Assembly: GCA_038065395.1 (NCBI GenBank)
Contig: JBBTRB010000004.1
Span: 70,042-134,041, forward strand
From: Patescibacteria group bacterium
GTDB lineage: Bacteria > Patescibacteriota > Minisyncoccia > Phycocordibacterales > PALSA-1337
DNA length: 64,000 nt
Direction of reading: 5' to 3'
Shown: in pieces, positions 33,767-43,485 of the stretch
Layout of the letters: every line of letters begins with the position of its first letter
How positions within the stretch are numbered: position 1 is the stretch's first letter
Notes under the pieces: generated by a model
Seen by the model: only the letters and a program-made list of their open reading frames with translations
Databases searched by the model: none
What the model was told of the DNA's origin: nothing
Position numbers and translations under genes: made by a program

Positions 33767-35815
33767 GTGAATCCAGAGCCTCAAACGATCATTGGTACCA
33801 TAACTACCACCCGCAAAGGTGCAGGATATGTCGATCTTGTAGCGCGCAAGAAGGGCAGATCTGTCGAACCGTCCATATATATAGAAGAAGGAACACTCAA
33901 TACCGCTCTCAATGGCGATAGTGTCGAAGTCTCCGTCAAAGAAAAAACTATCCGTGGGGTCAAACAAAAAGTCGGAGAGATCCTCCGTATCGTTACGCGT
34001 GCCAAAGATACATTTGTAGGTATCGTCACTTCTACACCCGAAGGACTTGTCGCTGTACCTGATGACAAGAAAATGTATACCAACATTGCTCTAGAACCGA
34101 GTGATATTCCGGGGATAGAAGTAGATGCAAAAGTTCAGGTCAAACTAGCTCCATGGGTAGATCCCAAGAAGTTGCCAACGGGGACAGTCTTGCGTGTACT
34201 GGGCAAAAAGGGTGATAACAATGTGGAGATGGAGTCGATCGTACTCGAAAGTGGCTTCGAGATAGACTTTCCTCATGCAGTCGAGGCTGAGGCGGATGAG
34301 ATTGGTCGTACCAAAGACGAGATCATGGCACATGAGCTGACTATCCGTCGTGATATCCGTTCGACTCCGACCTATACGATCGACCCCTACGATGCAAAAG
34401 ATTTTGACGATGCGATCTCTTTCCGGGTTTTGACCGAGGCAGAGTCGGCGAAGTTCGCAACCAAAGGCACTCTCTACGAGATCGGTGTACATATCGCCGA
34501 TGTGTCCCACTATGTCCAAGAAGGCACAGCGCTCGATGCAGAGGCACTGAAACGTGGTTGCTCAGTGTATCTCGTTGATCGTACGATACCGATGCTCCCA
34601 GAAGTTCTCTCCAATGATGTCTGTAGTCTCAATCCACATGAAGACAAGCTGACCTTCTCAGCGATATTTGTCATGGACGAGCAGGCTGCCATCCACGATC
34701 GTTGGTTCGGTCGCACCGTCATGAACTCTACACACAGATTCACCTATGAAACTGCCCAGGCAGCGATCGATGGTGATGCGCAGAATATCACGAAGTATTC
34801 CAAAGGCATTCAACCATTGGCGCTGGCCGAGTCTGGCATGCAATACCGTGAACCATTAGTCACTCTCAACCGCCTCGCCAAGATTTTGCAAAAAGAAAAG
34901 TTCGCCAAAGGCGCGATCGAGTTCGAACAAGAAGAGATCAAGTTCCGTCTCGATGCACAGGGCAAACCGGTCGGCGTGTATGTCTATGAGCGTCTCGATA
35001 CCCACAAGCTCGTAGAAGAATACATGCTCTTGGCGAACCGTGAGGTGGCCAAATATATCTTCGATGCGATCAAGAAAAAGGGTCCTCGCGATACCGGAGC
35101 GATATATCGTACTCACGAAGTCCCTGACAAAGATAAGATCAAGAACCTGGCCACATTCGTAAAAGCCCTCGGGTATGATCTGTGTGTTAACAAAGACGGC
35201 GAAGTCACGCCACGAGATATCAACCATCTCCTCGAACAGATCGAAGGTACACCGCACGAATCTCTCGTTCGCACTGCCGCGATACGCTCGATGCAAAAGG
35301 CGATTTATTCCACCAAGAATATTGGTCACTTTGGTTTGGCCTTCGAATTTTATACACATTTTACCTCGCCGATCCGTCGCTATCCGGACCTGCTCGTCCA
35401 TCGTGTGCTCGCAAAACATCTTGCGCATGAACCTTTTGGTGATCGCGACATCATACGCTTCCAGCATATCGCTGAGAGTTCGACTGCGCGTGAGATCGAT
35501 GCCGCTGATGCCGAACGTACGTCCAAGAAGCTCAAACAAGTCGAATACATGAGTACTCGTATCGGTCAGACGTTCAAGGGTACTATCTCGGGTGTTGCCA
35601 AGTGGGGTCTCTATGTCGAAGAAAAAGAGAGTAGATCAGAAGGTATGATACCGATCCGTAATATCGGCACGGATTTCTACGTGTTCGACGAAAAGACCTA
35701 TTCGATCTCAGGCGAACGAACTGGAGAGAAATTCACCCTCGGTGACACCATCACCTTCAAAGTAGTTTCTGCTGATCTCGACAAACGAGCTCTCGACTAT
35801 AGTTTGGTGAAGTAG
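33767..35815 (+). CDS. rnr: Ribonuclease R / RNase II family 3'-5' exoribonuclease
   Basis: RNB catalytic domain (DDAISF...HIADVSHYV, SPIRRYPDLLVHR). N-terminal cold-shock-like domain and C-terminal S1 domain. Confidence 0.9.
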   Translation: MNPEPQTIIGTITTTRKGAGYVDLVARKKGRSVEPSIYIEEGTLNTALNGDSVEVSVKEKTIRGVKQKVGEILRIVTRAKDTFVGIVTSTPEGLVAVPDDKKMYTNIALEPSDIPGIEVDAKVQVKLAPWVDPKKLPTGTVLRVLGKKGDNNVEMESIVLESGFEIDFPHAVEAEADEIGRTKDEIMAHELTIRRDIRSTPTYTIDPYDAKDFDDAISFRVLTEAESAKFATKGTLYEIGVHIADVSHYVQEGTALDAEALKRGCSVYLVDRTIPMLPEVLSNDVCSLNPHEDKLTFSAIFVMDEQAAIHDRWFGRTVMNSTHRFTYETAQAAIDGDAQNITKYSKGIQPLALAESGMQYREPLVTLNRLAKILQKEKFAKGAIEFEQEEIKFRLDAQGKPVGVYVYERLDTHKLVEEYMLLANREVAKYIFDAIKKKGPRDTGAIYRTHEVPDKDKIKNLATFVKALGYDLCVNKDGEVTPRDINHLLEQIEGTPHESLVRTAAIRSMQKAIYSTKNIGHFGLAFEFYTHFTSPIRRYPDLLVHRVLAKHLAHEPFGDRDIIRFQHIAESSTAREIDAADAERTSKKLKQVEYMSTRIGQTFKGTISGVAKWGLYVEEKESRSEGMIPIRNIGTDFYVFDEKTYSISGERTGEKFTLGDTITFKVVSADLDKRALDYSLVK

Positions 35816-35827
35816 GACTTTTTGAAA

Positions 35828-36175
35828 TTATTTCTTGCGAGTAGCCTTTTTCTTCTTGGCTGAGACTTTTTTCCATTGCTTCTTGAGATCTTGGGCGAGT
35901 GCCTTGATCTCGGTGGTGCCGGCTTTTTGGCCTGTTGCATACTCGGTAGCTATGGTGTCGATGAGTTGGTGATACATCGGCTCACTGAGCTCGCGAGCTT
36001 GCTCGAGCTTTTCGATAACGTCTGCCTTCATGCGTATTGACCAAGCTTTGGCATGTGCACGGTGTTGTTTACTCTTGGGGCTGAGGAAGAAGTATGCGGT
36101 CGCAGCAAGACCTGCAACAGCGGCACCGACGACGGTGGCAGTTACTACAGGAGAACCTTTGGAGGATTTTTTCAT
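35828..36175 (-). CDS. Hypothetical Lys-rich membrane-anchored protein
   Basis: N-terminal hydrophobic segment and a Lys-rich C-terminus. No family assigned. Confidence 0.4.
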   Translation of the reverse strand: MKKSSKGSPVVTATVVGAAVAGLAATAYFFLSPKSKQHRAHAKAWSIRMKADVIEKLEQARELSEPMYHQLIDTIATEYATGQKAGTTEIKALAQDLKKQWKKVSAKKKKATRKK

Positions 36176-36194
36176 ATGATGTATAGGTTAGATA

Positions 36195-36500
36195 TTAATC
36201 GGTCGTGGACTCGCGTGAACGGACGCGTCGACGACGTGCTGGAGGGAAGAAGAGCTGGAAGACCAGATTGTTCTCCAGACGTTCTTTGAGTTCAATAACG
36301 AATTCTTCTGAATCTTTGAATCCTTCTTTGAGAGCTTCTGACAACGCATGGAGATTGCGTGCAGCTCTGATGACGTAGAAGAGAAGGATGGAGATGAGAA
36401 TCGTTATGAGACCAGTAGCGATACTGGCGATAAAAAAGAAAATATCTGCTTTGATAAACGAGTCCATGTAGGTACTATAGCATAATAAAAAAGACCGCAA
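36195..36500 (-). CDS. Hypothetical small membrane protein (DUF948-like organisation)
   Basis: N-terminal TM helix followed by predicted coiled coil. Confidence 0.35.
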   Translation of the reverse strand: MRSFLLCYSTYMDSFIKADIFFFIASIATGLITILISILLFYVIRAARNLHALSEALKEGFKDSEEFVIELKERLENNLVFQLFFPPARRRRVRSRESTTD

Positions 36501-36542
36501 GGAGGTTGTCCTTGCGATCCTGAGGTGAAAGGGTGCACGCTA

Positions 36543-36938
36543 TTATTGACTGATTGTGCGTGTGGCGCGTTGCGGAGCGAATTCATACCACGTCTCCTGC
36601 GGAGAAGGAGATGTCTCGGTCTTACGATGTCCTCGTAGTGGTGTGTACGGAGGAATCAGTCCGTGTTCGATACCCGATCGAACCGCTAAGACTCGATTCA
36701 TGTAAGTCTGCCCAGTGAGTCTCTTAAGTTTACTGAATATATTGACGAGATGAGTGTTCGTTGTTCTGATGCTGATACCATGTCTACTTGCAATGTCTTT
36801 ATCACACAGTCCTTCTGAGAGTGACTCGAGAATTTCCGTTTCCCGAGGAGTCAACTGAGTAGTTGATGTTAATGCGAGGTTAATTTTTCCCGTTACGTTC
36901 ATAAGGTACAGATATCTAATCCCAAAAGCATTATACAT
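36543..36938 (-). CDS. LuxR/GerE-type helix-turn-helix transcriptional regulator (stand-alone)
   Basis: LTPRETEILESLSEGLCDKDIASRHGISIRTTNTHLVNIFSKL is a LuxR-type HTH. Confidence 0.6.
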   Translation of the reverse strand: MYNAFGIRYLYLMNVTGKINLALTSTTQLTPRETEILESLSEGLCDKDIASRHGISIRTTNTHLVNIFSKLKRLTGQTYMNRVLAVRSGIEHGLIPPYTPLRGHRKTETSPSPQETWYEFAPQRATRTISQ

Positions 36939-36988
36939 ATGTTATATGTATAAGTCAAACAACCTCTCCTTAGAATTAAAGAGCACTC

Positions 36989-37831
36989 CTACTTCTTGAA
37001 GAAGATCTTGCCTACATATATACCTACAACGAGAGCGAGGAGTACTGCGAGAATGAGGGTGCCATATCTGCGGGTAGGGTCAGTGCCATCGGCGGAGGCG
37101 AGGGTTTCTGGTTCGAAGACGATGAGAGTTGCCTCGTTCGGTACGAGTGGTGACTCGAAGTGTTTGTATTGATTCGACGGGGTAGGGTCGATGAGGGTCA
37201 CGTTGCTGACAACATGGAGACTCTCTCCGGTATAGCCACCTTCGAAACAATCACTCTTGGTCGAAGACAAGAGGACAATCTTCTTTTCGAATCCAGGGAT
37301 CATGTATCCAGCGAAGGTGAATGGTTGCTCGATGTTGCAGCCTTTGATAGAGAACTCGTCGATCTTGGAGCCGTTCTGGTATACGGTTGCAGTGAAGAGG
37401 GAATGAATGATCCATGTGGGGTCGGATTCCAAGGTCTCTGACTTGTTGAACGTTATATCGATGGCTATGTTATTCTTGAGAAGATTGAGCGGGGTAAGGT
37501 CCTTGTATTCTGAGATCATCTTGGAGATCTCCTCGAGCACCTTGGGTTGGATATCAGAGTAGTTGCCCGAGTACAGCGCCTCCCCTTGGTCGCATGAAAA
37601 GGCGGTGTCTATATTCCCTGAAACGAGAGAGATTTTCTGGAGTACTGGAGGACATCCTCTGCCACTCAGTGAGAGTTGGGTGAAATACACAGACTCGTCT
37701 GCTTTGTTGTATTTGAATGATCCGATATAGGTCGGTCCACCAACAGTTGCCTGTGCAGAGTGTATGGAAAGTATTCCGTATACTGATAATGCAAGGATGA
37801 ATATGCTGAGGTGTCGTAATGTGTTTTTCAT
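36989..37831 (-). CDS. Hypothetical exported protein with C-terminal TM anchor
   Basis: Signal peptide MKNTLRHLSIFILALSVYGILSIHSAQA and C-terminal hydrophobic anchor GTLILAVLLALVVGIYVGKIFFKK. Several Cys residues. The start is chosen at the internal Met (track start 37885). Confidence 0.45.
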   Translation of the reverse strand: MKNTLRHLSIFILALSVYGILSIHSAQATVGGPTYIGSFKYNKADESVYFTQLSLSGRGCPPVLQKISLVSGNIDTAFSCDQGEALYSGNYSDIQPKVLEEISKMISEYKDLTPLNLLKNNIAIDITFNKSETLESDPTWIIHSLFTATVYQNGSKIDEFSIKGCNIEQPFTFAGYMIPGFEKKIVLLSSTKSDCFEGGYTGESLHVVSNVTLIDPTPSNQYKHFESPLVPNEATLIVFEPETLASADGTDPTRRYGTLILAVLLALVVGIYVGKIFFKK

Positions 37832-37897
37832 AGAGTAAGTATAGTACATGAAAGGGTGAATGGGTATAAAAAACCGCAACCTCACTCGAGATTGCGA

Positions 37898-38404
37898 TTA
37901 GAGTTCCTTCGGAGGAGCTTTCAGGGCCGTTTCCAGGAAGATGCGGATACCACGCCTGAACCTTTCCCGAGTCATCGGCTCCTCACCTCGCAGCTCATCC
38001 GGTAGCATTGGTGGAGAGAATGTCGGGAACCGGGTCATAACATCAGGCTCAGGTGGCATCTGTGCATCTATCTTTTCCATCAAGGCTACAAGTTTCTCAT
38101 GTGGAAGAGGTTCATCTTGTGTGCTGGACGAAAGCATCAGCTGTACCAAAAGTATGTTTCTCCTCAAGTCTGCCTGTGATATCCAGACACTGTGCAGTTC
38201 CTCATGGAGCTCTTTTTGTTGGGCTCGGATAGGGAAGAGCGTGATGCAAAGCCGGATCTCGTCTCGCTCCAACCCTCCAGAGACTCTGCTAGGGCTGAAG
38301 AATTGCTGAAGTGCGTCGGCGTCTTTCTTGTTCGTGATATACCCATGTCGGATGTAGCGGCACATTTCTGTATCATGGGTATATCGTTGTAACAGATCGT
38401 GCAT
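37898..38404 (-). CDS. Hypothetical protein
   Basis: 168-aa ORF, no recognisable motif. Confidence 0.4.
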   Translation of the reverse strand: MHDLLQRYTHDTEMCRYIRHGYITNKKDADALQQFFSPSRVSGGLERDEIRLCITLFPIRAQQKELHEELHSVWISQADLRRNILLVQLMLSSSTQDEPLPHEKLVALMEKIDAQMPPEPDVMTRFPTFSPPMLPDELRGEEPMTRERFRRGIRIFLETALKAPPKEL

Positions 38405-38466
38405 ATGTCTCCTTTCTGTTGAGTTTTGGTGGCATTCTATAGAGGATCATAGTACACCTGGATATT

Positions 38467-39273
38467 TTGTACAGTCGCAGGCATAATACTTCCATGCATC
38501 GACGTATCATAGAACTCTGGTATTTCTTCCTGGCCAATCTACGCGCCAGCTATTTTGGTGTGTTCCTCCTCTCTATATTCCTGTTGACCGAAGTGTTCAC
38601 TATTCCGGTGATCAGCCGCTATGACTTCATTTTCTTTGCGGCGGTTTTATTCCAGATCTGTATGCTGGTATTCCGACTCGAAACTCCTCGAGAATTCTTC
38701 GTGATCATCCTCTTCCATATATTGGCGACAGGCATGGAATTATTCAAAACTCATCCCGCGATCGGCTCATGGACATACCCTGGTATCGGAGAGTCGATCT
38801 TTGTCTTGAGTACCGTGCCACTCTTCACCGGCTTTCTCTACTCGGCGATTGGTAGCTATATTTCGCGAGCTTTTAGGGAGCTCAACCTTTCGTATGAACA
38901 CTTTCCTTCGTACATCCATATGTGGGTGCTGGCGATCCTGATCTACATAAACTTCTTTGCGCATCATTTTGTCTACGACATCCGCTATCTACTTTTCGCC
39001 TACGCGATCATTATTTTCTATCGAACACGACTGCATTTCAGAGTTTACCAGAAAGTCCGCACTATGCCGTTCCTCGTCTCGGCACTCCTCACCGCGCTGT
39101 TCGTCTGGCTGGCAGAGAACATCGGCACTTTCACCAATATCTGGCTCTACCCGAGCCAGATCACTTCGTGGCATCTGGTCTCATTCAATAAGACGGGTTC
39201 ATGGTTCCTGTTGCTCATTCTGAGTTTTGCATTGGTGTCGATCATTTATCGGGAGAGGTTGATGAGGAAATAA
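38467..39273 (+). CDS. Integral membrane protein (DUF817-like; about 8 TM helices)
   Basis: Multiple hydrophobic helices. The family call is tentative. Confidence 0.45.
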   Translation: MYSRRHNTSMHRRIIELWYFFLANLRASYFGVFLLSIFLLTEVFTIPVISRYDFIFFAAVLFQICMLVFRLETPREFFVIILFHILATGMELFKTHPAIGSWTYPGIGESIFVLSTVPLFTGFLYSAIGSYISRAFRELNLSYEHFPSYIHMWVLAILIYINFFAHHFVYDIRYLLFAYAIIIFYRTRLHFRVYQKVRTMPFLVSALLTALFVWLAENIGTFTNIWLYPSQITSWHLVSFNKTGSWFLLLILSFALVSIIYRERLMRK

Positions 39274-39301
39274 AAAATCTCAGATTTGCTACTATACACG
39301 T

Positions 39302-39604
39302 ATGAAGAAAAAGATCTCCAACGGCATCGTACATACTCTGTCAGACGACCTACGCAAGGCACTCTCAACTTCTTCTAGAGCACTTACGGCCTGGGAAGAT
39401 ATTTCACCGCTCGCACGCAATGAGTGGATCTGTTGGGTGGAGTCCGTCAAGAAACCAGAGACACGCAGACAACATGTCGAGAGGACAGTCGAGGAGCTTG
39501 TAGAAGGCAAACGTCGCCCCTGCTGTTGGGTCGGATGTATTCATCGGAAAGATAAAAAGATGAGTGCTGCACAGAGGTGTGTGAGTAAGAGGGGTGGGAT
39601 ATAA
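39302..39604 (+). CDS. YdeI/OmpD-associated family protein
   Basis: DLRKAL....AW..ISPLARNEWICWVESVKKPETRRQHVERTV matches the YdeI/OmdA C-terminal domain pattern. Confidence 0.5.
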   Translation: MKKKISNGIVHTLSDDLRKALSTSSRALTAWEDISPLARNEWICWVESVKKPETRRQHVERTVEELVEGKRRPCCWVGCIHRKDKKMSAAQRCVSKRGGI

Positions 39605-39666
39605 AAAGAATAAAAAACACCCCGCTGTCGCGACGGGGTGCATGAATGGGAATCGAACGAGAGGTG

Positions 39667-40470
39667 TCACTTCACCAGCCTCAGAGCATGGATGAGGTAT
39701 TTTTCCGTATGCGCGAGGTCGAGAGGATCTCCCTGATGACCTCTGGTACTGAGTTTCCCTTCGGCATCAATGCTTATGTCCGGGAACTCAGCAAGAATCG
39801 GCTTGAGAATTTCGAGACCGTGTGGTCCCAAACCTCCCGCAACTCCGAGTCCCAGATCAGGAAGACTTTGGCTCAAGGCTCTGAGATAAGGGAGGAGCCT
39901 GTCTGGATTCATGGGCTCACCTTGACCCATGCTTTCGTCGAGGAGTACTCGATGGATCACTCCTTGGTAGGGTTTGAGTTTCTCTACGAGGTTCGCGGGG
40001 CTTTGTCCTGCTTCGTTGAGGATGTACTTGTCGATCTGCAAGATCACTTCGATCCGTCTTGTATCGTCGCGAAGAGCCTCGGCGATCCTCTCCGGACGTG
40101 GCCACCTGAGATCGAGTTGTATCGCGTCAAGGTTATAGCCGCCCAGGGCAACGGCCTTTCTGAGGTCTGCGGCCAAGGTCTTGCGATGTGCCATATCTGC
40201 ATAGTGCAGACAGTTGTATACCTGAACCTCGGGTGAGCAAAAGACACTCGCGATCCGGTCGTTGGCAATGAATGAACTCGCTGATTCGCCAGAAGTTTCA
40301 TTTACTCTGTGGTAGTGCGTCATCACGCCCACATGTAAGAGGCGTTCTGAGTGAAGTCTTCGATGTCTCATGAAGACTTGAAGCATTTCTGCGACTTCCT
40401 TGTACGTCCGGAAGCCGGTGATACCGATATAGGGTAGTTTTTTCATAGTGCATGTACTTTTTTTCTGCAC
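39667..40470 (-). CDS. Phosphoribosylanthranilate isomerase-like TIM-barrel protein (TrpF family, tentative)
   Basis: N-terminal IGITGF and C-terminal VLLDESMGQGEP...LGLGVAGGLGPHGLE...ISIDAEGKLSTRGHQGDPLDLAHTEKYL resemble TrpF (LlDs..GGtG...LAGGL.peNv...GVDvsSGvE..G.KD). The start could be the internal Met at 40446. Confidence 0.4.
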   Translation of the reverse strand: MQKKSTCTMKKLPYIGITGFRTYKEVAEMLQVFMRHRRLHSERLLHVGVMTHYHRVNETSGESASSFIANDRIASVFCSPEVQVYNCLHYADMAHRKTLAADLRKAVALGGYNLDAIQLDLRWPRPERIAEALRDDTRRIEVILQIDKYILNEAGQSPANLVEKLKPYQGVIHRVLLDESMGQGEPMNPDRLLPYLRALSQSLPDLGLGVAGGLGPHGLEILKPILAEFPDISIDAEGKLSTRGHQGDPLDLAHTEKYLIHALRLVK

Positions 40471-40517
40471 TGAATACTACACAAATAATGCTGAGGTGCA
40501 ATGTCGGTAAACCCCTT

Positions 40518-40847
40518 CTAACACCCTCTCCCACCCCAGAAGAAACAAGGCCACTGGTCGATGATGAGTGTCACCCATGCCCAGGCAAGGATTCCGGAGA
40601 GGATTATCTGGAGGGCGAGGAGGAGTGGCTTCCGGGAAGCGGTGCGGTTTTTGAATGTGTGCAGGATCGAGGTGAGGAGGTATGCGAGGAGGGTCATCTC
40701 GACCCATAACACTATGAAGAGATGGACAGGGAAGCCTGTACGCGGACCCGAGGTTTCACGAGTTATGAATTCTCCGATAGCAAAAGGCGCATTGATGAGG
40801 ATGCTGACGAGTACGGCAGTACGGATTTTGGAAAGTAATAAAGTCAT
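40518..40847 (-). CDS. Hypothetical small membrane protein
   Basis: Three or four hydrophobic helices. Confidence 0.35.
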   Translation of the reverse strand: MTLLLSKIRTAVLVSILINAPFAIGEFITRETSGPRTGFPVHLFIVLWVEMTLLAYLLTSILHTFKNRTASRKPLLLALQIILSGILAWAWVTLIIDQWPCFFWGGRGC

Positions 40848-40866
40848 AAAAGTTTGTTACGTTAGT

Positions 40867-41166
40867 TTAGCGTAGTTTCAGATAGAAGGTAACTGTTGAA
40901 TGATCAAAAATATCCTCCATCTTTCGTATCTTGGCTTTGAGAGGGAGCAGATATGTGCCTGATTTCTTGTCGGGGAATATAGAAGTATTCCACCGTGTCG
41001 TGCCGATGGTAACCGAGACAGGGAGAGATCCCCATCCTCGGGCATGCACACCGAATTTCTCTTTGATCTCTTGGGCTTGGGGTTTTGGGAGTGCGAGAAA
41101 TCTCCATGCACTCATGCCGGGATATACGAACACTTTCGAAGTCAGAGTATATGTGTTCGTCGACAT
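40867..41166 (-). CDS. DUF1905 domain protein
   Basis: VYPGMSAWRFLALPK...SLPVSVTIGTTRWNTSIFP...GTYLLPLKA fits DUF1905. Confidence 0.5.
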   Translation of the reverse strand: MSTNTYTLTSKVFVYPGMSAWRFLALPKPQAQEIKEKFGVHARGWGSLPVSVTIGTTRWNTSIFPDKKSGTYLLPLKAKIRKMEDIFDHSTVTFYLKLR

Positions 41167-41169
41167 ATG

Positions 41170-41388
41170 TTAGTCCGCGACTCGGGTATCGAACTCCTTT
41201 TGCATCCGTGCCATCCATTGATCTTGAGTCTCACCAGTACGCTTCTCCATATCCATGATACTCGCCTTATGTGCTTCGTCGGCCATCATATGAGGCATAG
41301 CTTGCTGTATGATCTCCATGAGGGAACCACCAGAAAATCTCTGATCGCACGTACCACCCAACTCTTTGCAGGTAAATGTTTTGTTCAT
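41170..41388 (-). CDS. DUF1059-like small metal-binding protein
   Basis: MNKTFTCKELGGTCDQ...H-rich helix pattern. Confidence 0.45.
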   Translation of the reverse strand: MNKTFTCKELGGTCDQRFSGGSLMEIIQQAMPHMMADEAHKASIMDMEKRTGETQDQWMARMQKEFDTRVAD

Positions 41389-41530
41389 GTCGGCATTATC
41401 TCAGGAAGTTTGGTGAAATGCCAGCAGTAGGTTTCTTTGGAATCGTGAAGTCGATTGAGGTCGAGATAAAGAAATATAAATGAAAAACCCGCTGCGACGA
41501 GTTTCCCAATGGAACTGTCGAGCGGGTAGC

Positions 41531-42289
41531 TTATTTGTGCGGAAGGTTATCGAGCAAACCATACACGCTCTCCAGGACTTCTTGCCAGGCGGGATGCCCA
41601 GTATCTCCATTCGATAGTTTCCAGGCAACGTAGAATCTATTCTGAATCTGGAACGTAGGGAGATTGTATAGCTCTACCAATGGAGTAATCGTGTGGCGGC
41701 AGGTTTCTGCCCATGCCCGAGATTCCTCTTCCTTTGTTACTGCTGCTGTAGCTGAGCGTCCATCATAGCCAGCATGTTCCATTTCATGCATGAGCATGAT
41801 GGTGAAATAAGTCTCAAACAATTTTCTCCAGTCCGCTCTTCCAGATCCTCGTACCTCTTTGAACGTGTCAAGAAGTGCGGGGACATGAAGGACGAATGTG
41901 ACTTGGTGTTCGTTGGTGTTAAAACCTGTGGTGGCGCTGATGGTCTTTCCTGCCCAGTGGTAATTGAAACTCGCGTGAGTACGAATACCTTTCTGAGTTC
42001 GTTCCAAGACTCTAGACTTAAGATGCGCACTACGCGCATTGATTTCTGGGTAAGGAAACTGCGCTCCTGCCCACTGATCAACGGCAATAGGTTTGAGCTC
42101 GCTACTCCAAAAAGATTTGAGCTCATCGGAGCTGTATGAAGAATTTCCCATATTTACCACTGGAGAAGTGGCTACGGGTACACTCTTTTTGTTGTGGAGT
42201 AGTGCGAATCCGGTAGCGAGAATAACGATAGTGATAATCGTCCATGTCACTGGGCGAAGATTGTTTCGCCGTTTCTTTTTTGTATTCAT
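41531..42289 (-). CDS. Membrane-anchored putative zinc metallopeptidase (HExxH)
   Basis: N-terminal TM helix. LMHEMEHAGY contains an HExxH motif. Confidence 0.4.
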   Translation of the reverse strand: MNTKKKRRNNLRPVTWTIITIVILATGFALLHNKKSVPVATSPVVNMGNSSYSSDELKSFWSSELKPIAVDQWAGAQFPYPEINARSAHLKSRVLERTQKGIRTHASFNYHWAGKTISATTGFNTNEHQVTFVLHVPALLDTFKEVRGSGRADWRKLFETYFTIMLMHEMEHAGYDGRSATAAVTKEEESRAWAETCRHTITPLVELYNLPTFQIQNRFYVAWKLSNGDTGHPAWQEVLESVYGLLDNLPHK

Positions 42290-42460
42290 TTAGATTCCTT
42301 GGGTTGATGTCAAAAACCAAAACTACTATTTTGAAGATAACATTAAATACTGAATATGTCAATTAAGGTGGGGTCTGCTTCAAAACTAATAAACAAAAAA
42401 CACCAAAGTTGTCGGTGTTTTTATTCAGTGCTCCAGATGTGTGGGGAAGTTAGAACTCAC

Positions 42461-43417
42461 TTAGGAAGTAACAAGTACGTCCTTTGTCTTTTCTAAATAG
42501 GTTTGCAGATCATTTATTCCTTGTTCTTTTCCTGTTTTGCTCCAAAGGGTAAAAAGTATATGACTTTGAATAATTATCGCGGCTTGAAGGACTTTTCGGT
42601 TTAACGCTGTTGTGTCCTCAGAATAACCTCTAATAAGTTGCTCAGCAACCTCACCATCTATTCCGCGTCCTATTGCTTTGCAGATGGCACTTGCCAAGTC
42701 CATATAAGGGTGATTAAGAGTTGGAATAGGATCAAAAATTGTTATAGGGTCAGTATCAAAGACATTCTGGTAGGCAAAATCGTTATGGCAGTAGCTACTT
42801 TCTGAGGAATTTCCAACGTATTCCACAAGGATTTTAATAGCAAGCGGGAAATTGTCACTTGTTTCATCCAGGTCAGGTCTTTTCTTATCAATTGCATCCT
42901 GGAGCCAGTTTCTAAACTGAGTATAATTACCTTTTCCATTTTTTATAGAACCAAAACCTTCTGATTTGGCAGTATGCATTGTACGTAATGCCCTGCCCAT
43001 TTTTACAAACATTTCTTTCTGTAGAACCTCACCTTTTTTGTATGCTTCGTGAAGTGTCTTGGCATCTATGAAGTCCATGAGCAAGTAATGGCTCCCATCG
43101 ATAGTACCTTCTTCGATAACATGAGGTACGTTGACACCAACTTTTTCCCAGGCCTTCAGGAACATGCCCTCATATTCATAAAAAGATTTAGCACTAAGAG
43201 GAATTTTCAAGACCTTTTTTGTGTCACCGGTATCAAGGATGCAAGTGAGGGAAGCGACTCCAGCCGAAGGAAAAAACACGTGTACGTCCTTGTCTTTAAA
43301 TAATATATGTTGATTCAGAAATGTTTCTATATGAGGTAGAAGACTCATGCGGCGCTTATTTGAATCTGAATAGTGGTCAAGCTCGGAAACTTTGGGTTGA
43401 TTGAGAAAAGTAATCAT
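42461..43417 (-). CDS. Aminoglycoside phosphotransferase/choline kinase-family protein kinase-like enzyme
   Basis: Brenner motif HNDFAYQNVFD (HxDxxxxN) and a downstream D-x-[DE] region. APH-like length. Confidence 0.6.
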   Translation of the reverse strand: MITFLNQPKVSELDHYSDSNKRRMSLLPHIETFLNQHILFKDKDVHVFFPSAGVASLTCILDTGDTKKVLKIPLSAKSFYEYEGMFLKAWEKVGVNVPHVIEEGTIDGSHYLLMDFIDAKTLHEAYKKGEVLQKEMFVKMGRALRTMHTAKSEGFGSIKNGKGNYTQFRNWLQDAIDKKRPDLDETSDNFPLAIKILVEYVGNSSESSYCHNDFAYQNVFDTDPITIFDPIPTLNHPYMDLASAICKAIGRGIDGEVAEQLIRGYSEDTTALNRKVLQAAIIIQSHILFTLWSKTGKEQGINDLQTYLEKTKDVLVTS

Positions 43418-43485
43418 ATAGAAAGTATAACAAAGACATTTAAAAGAAAAAACGCCCGTTAGGACGTTTTCTCATTTTTCATTTG

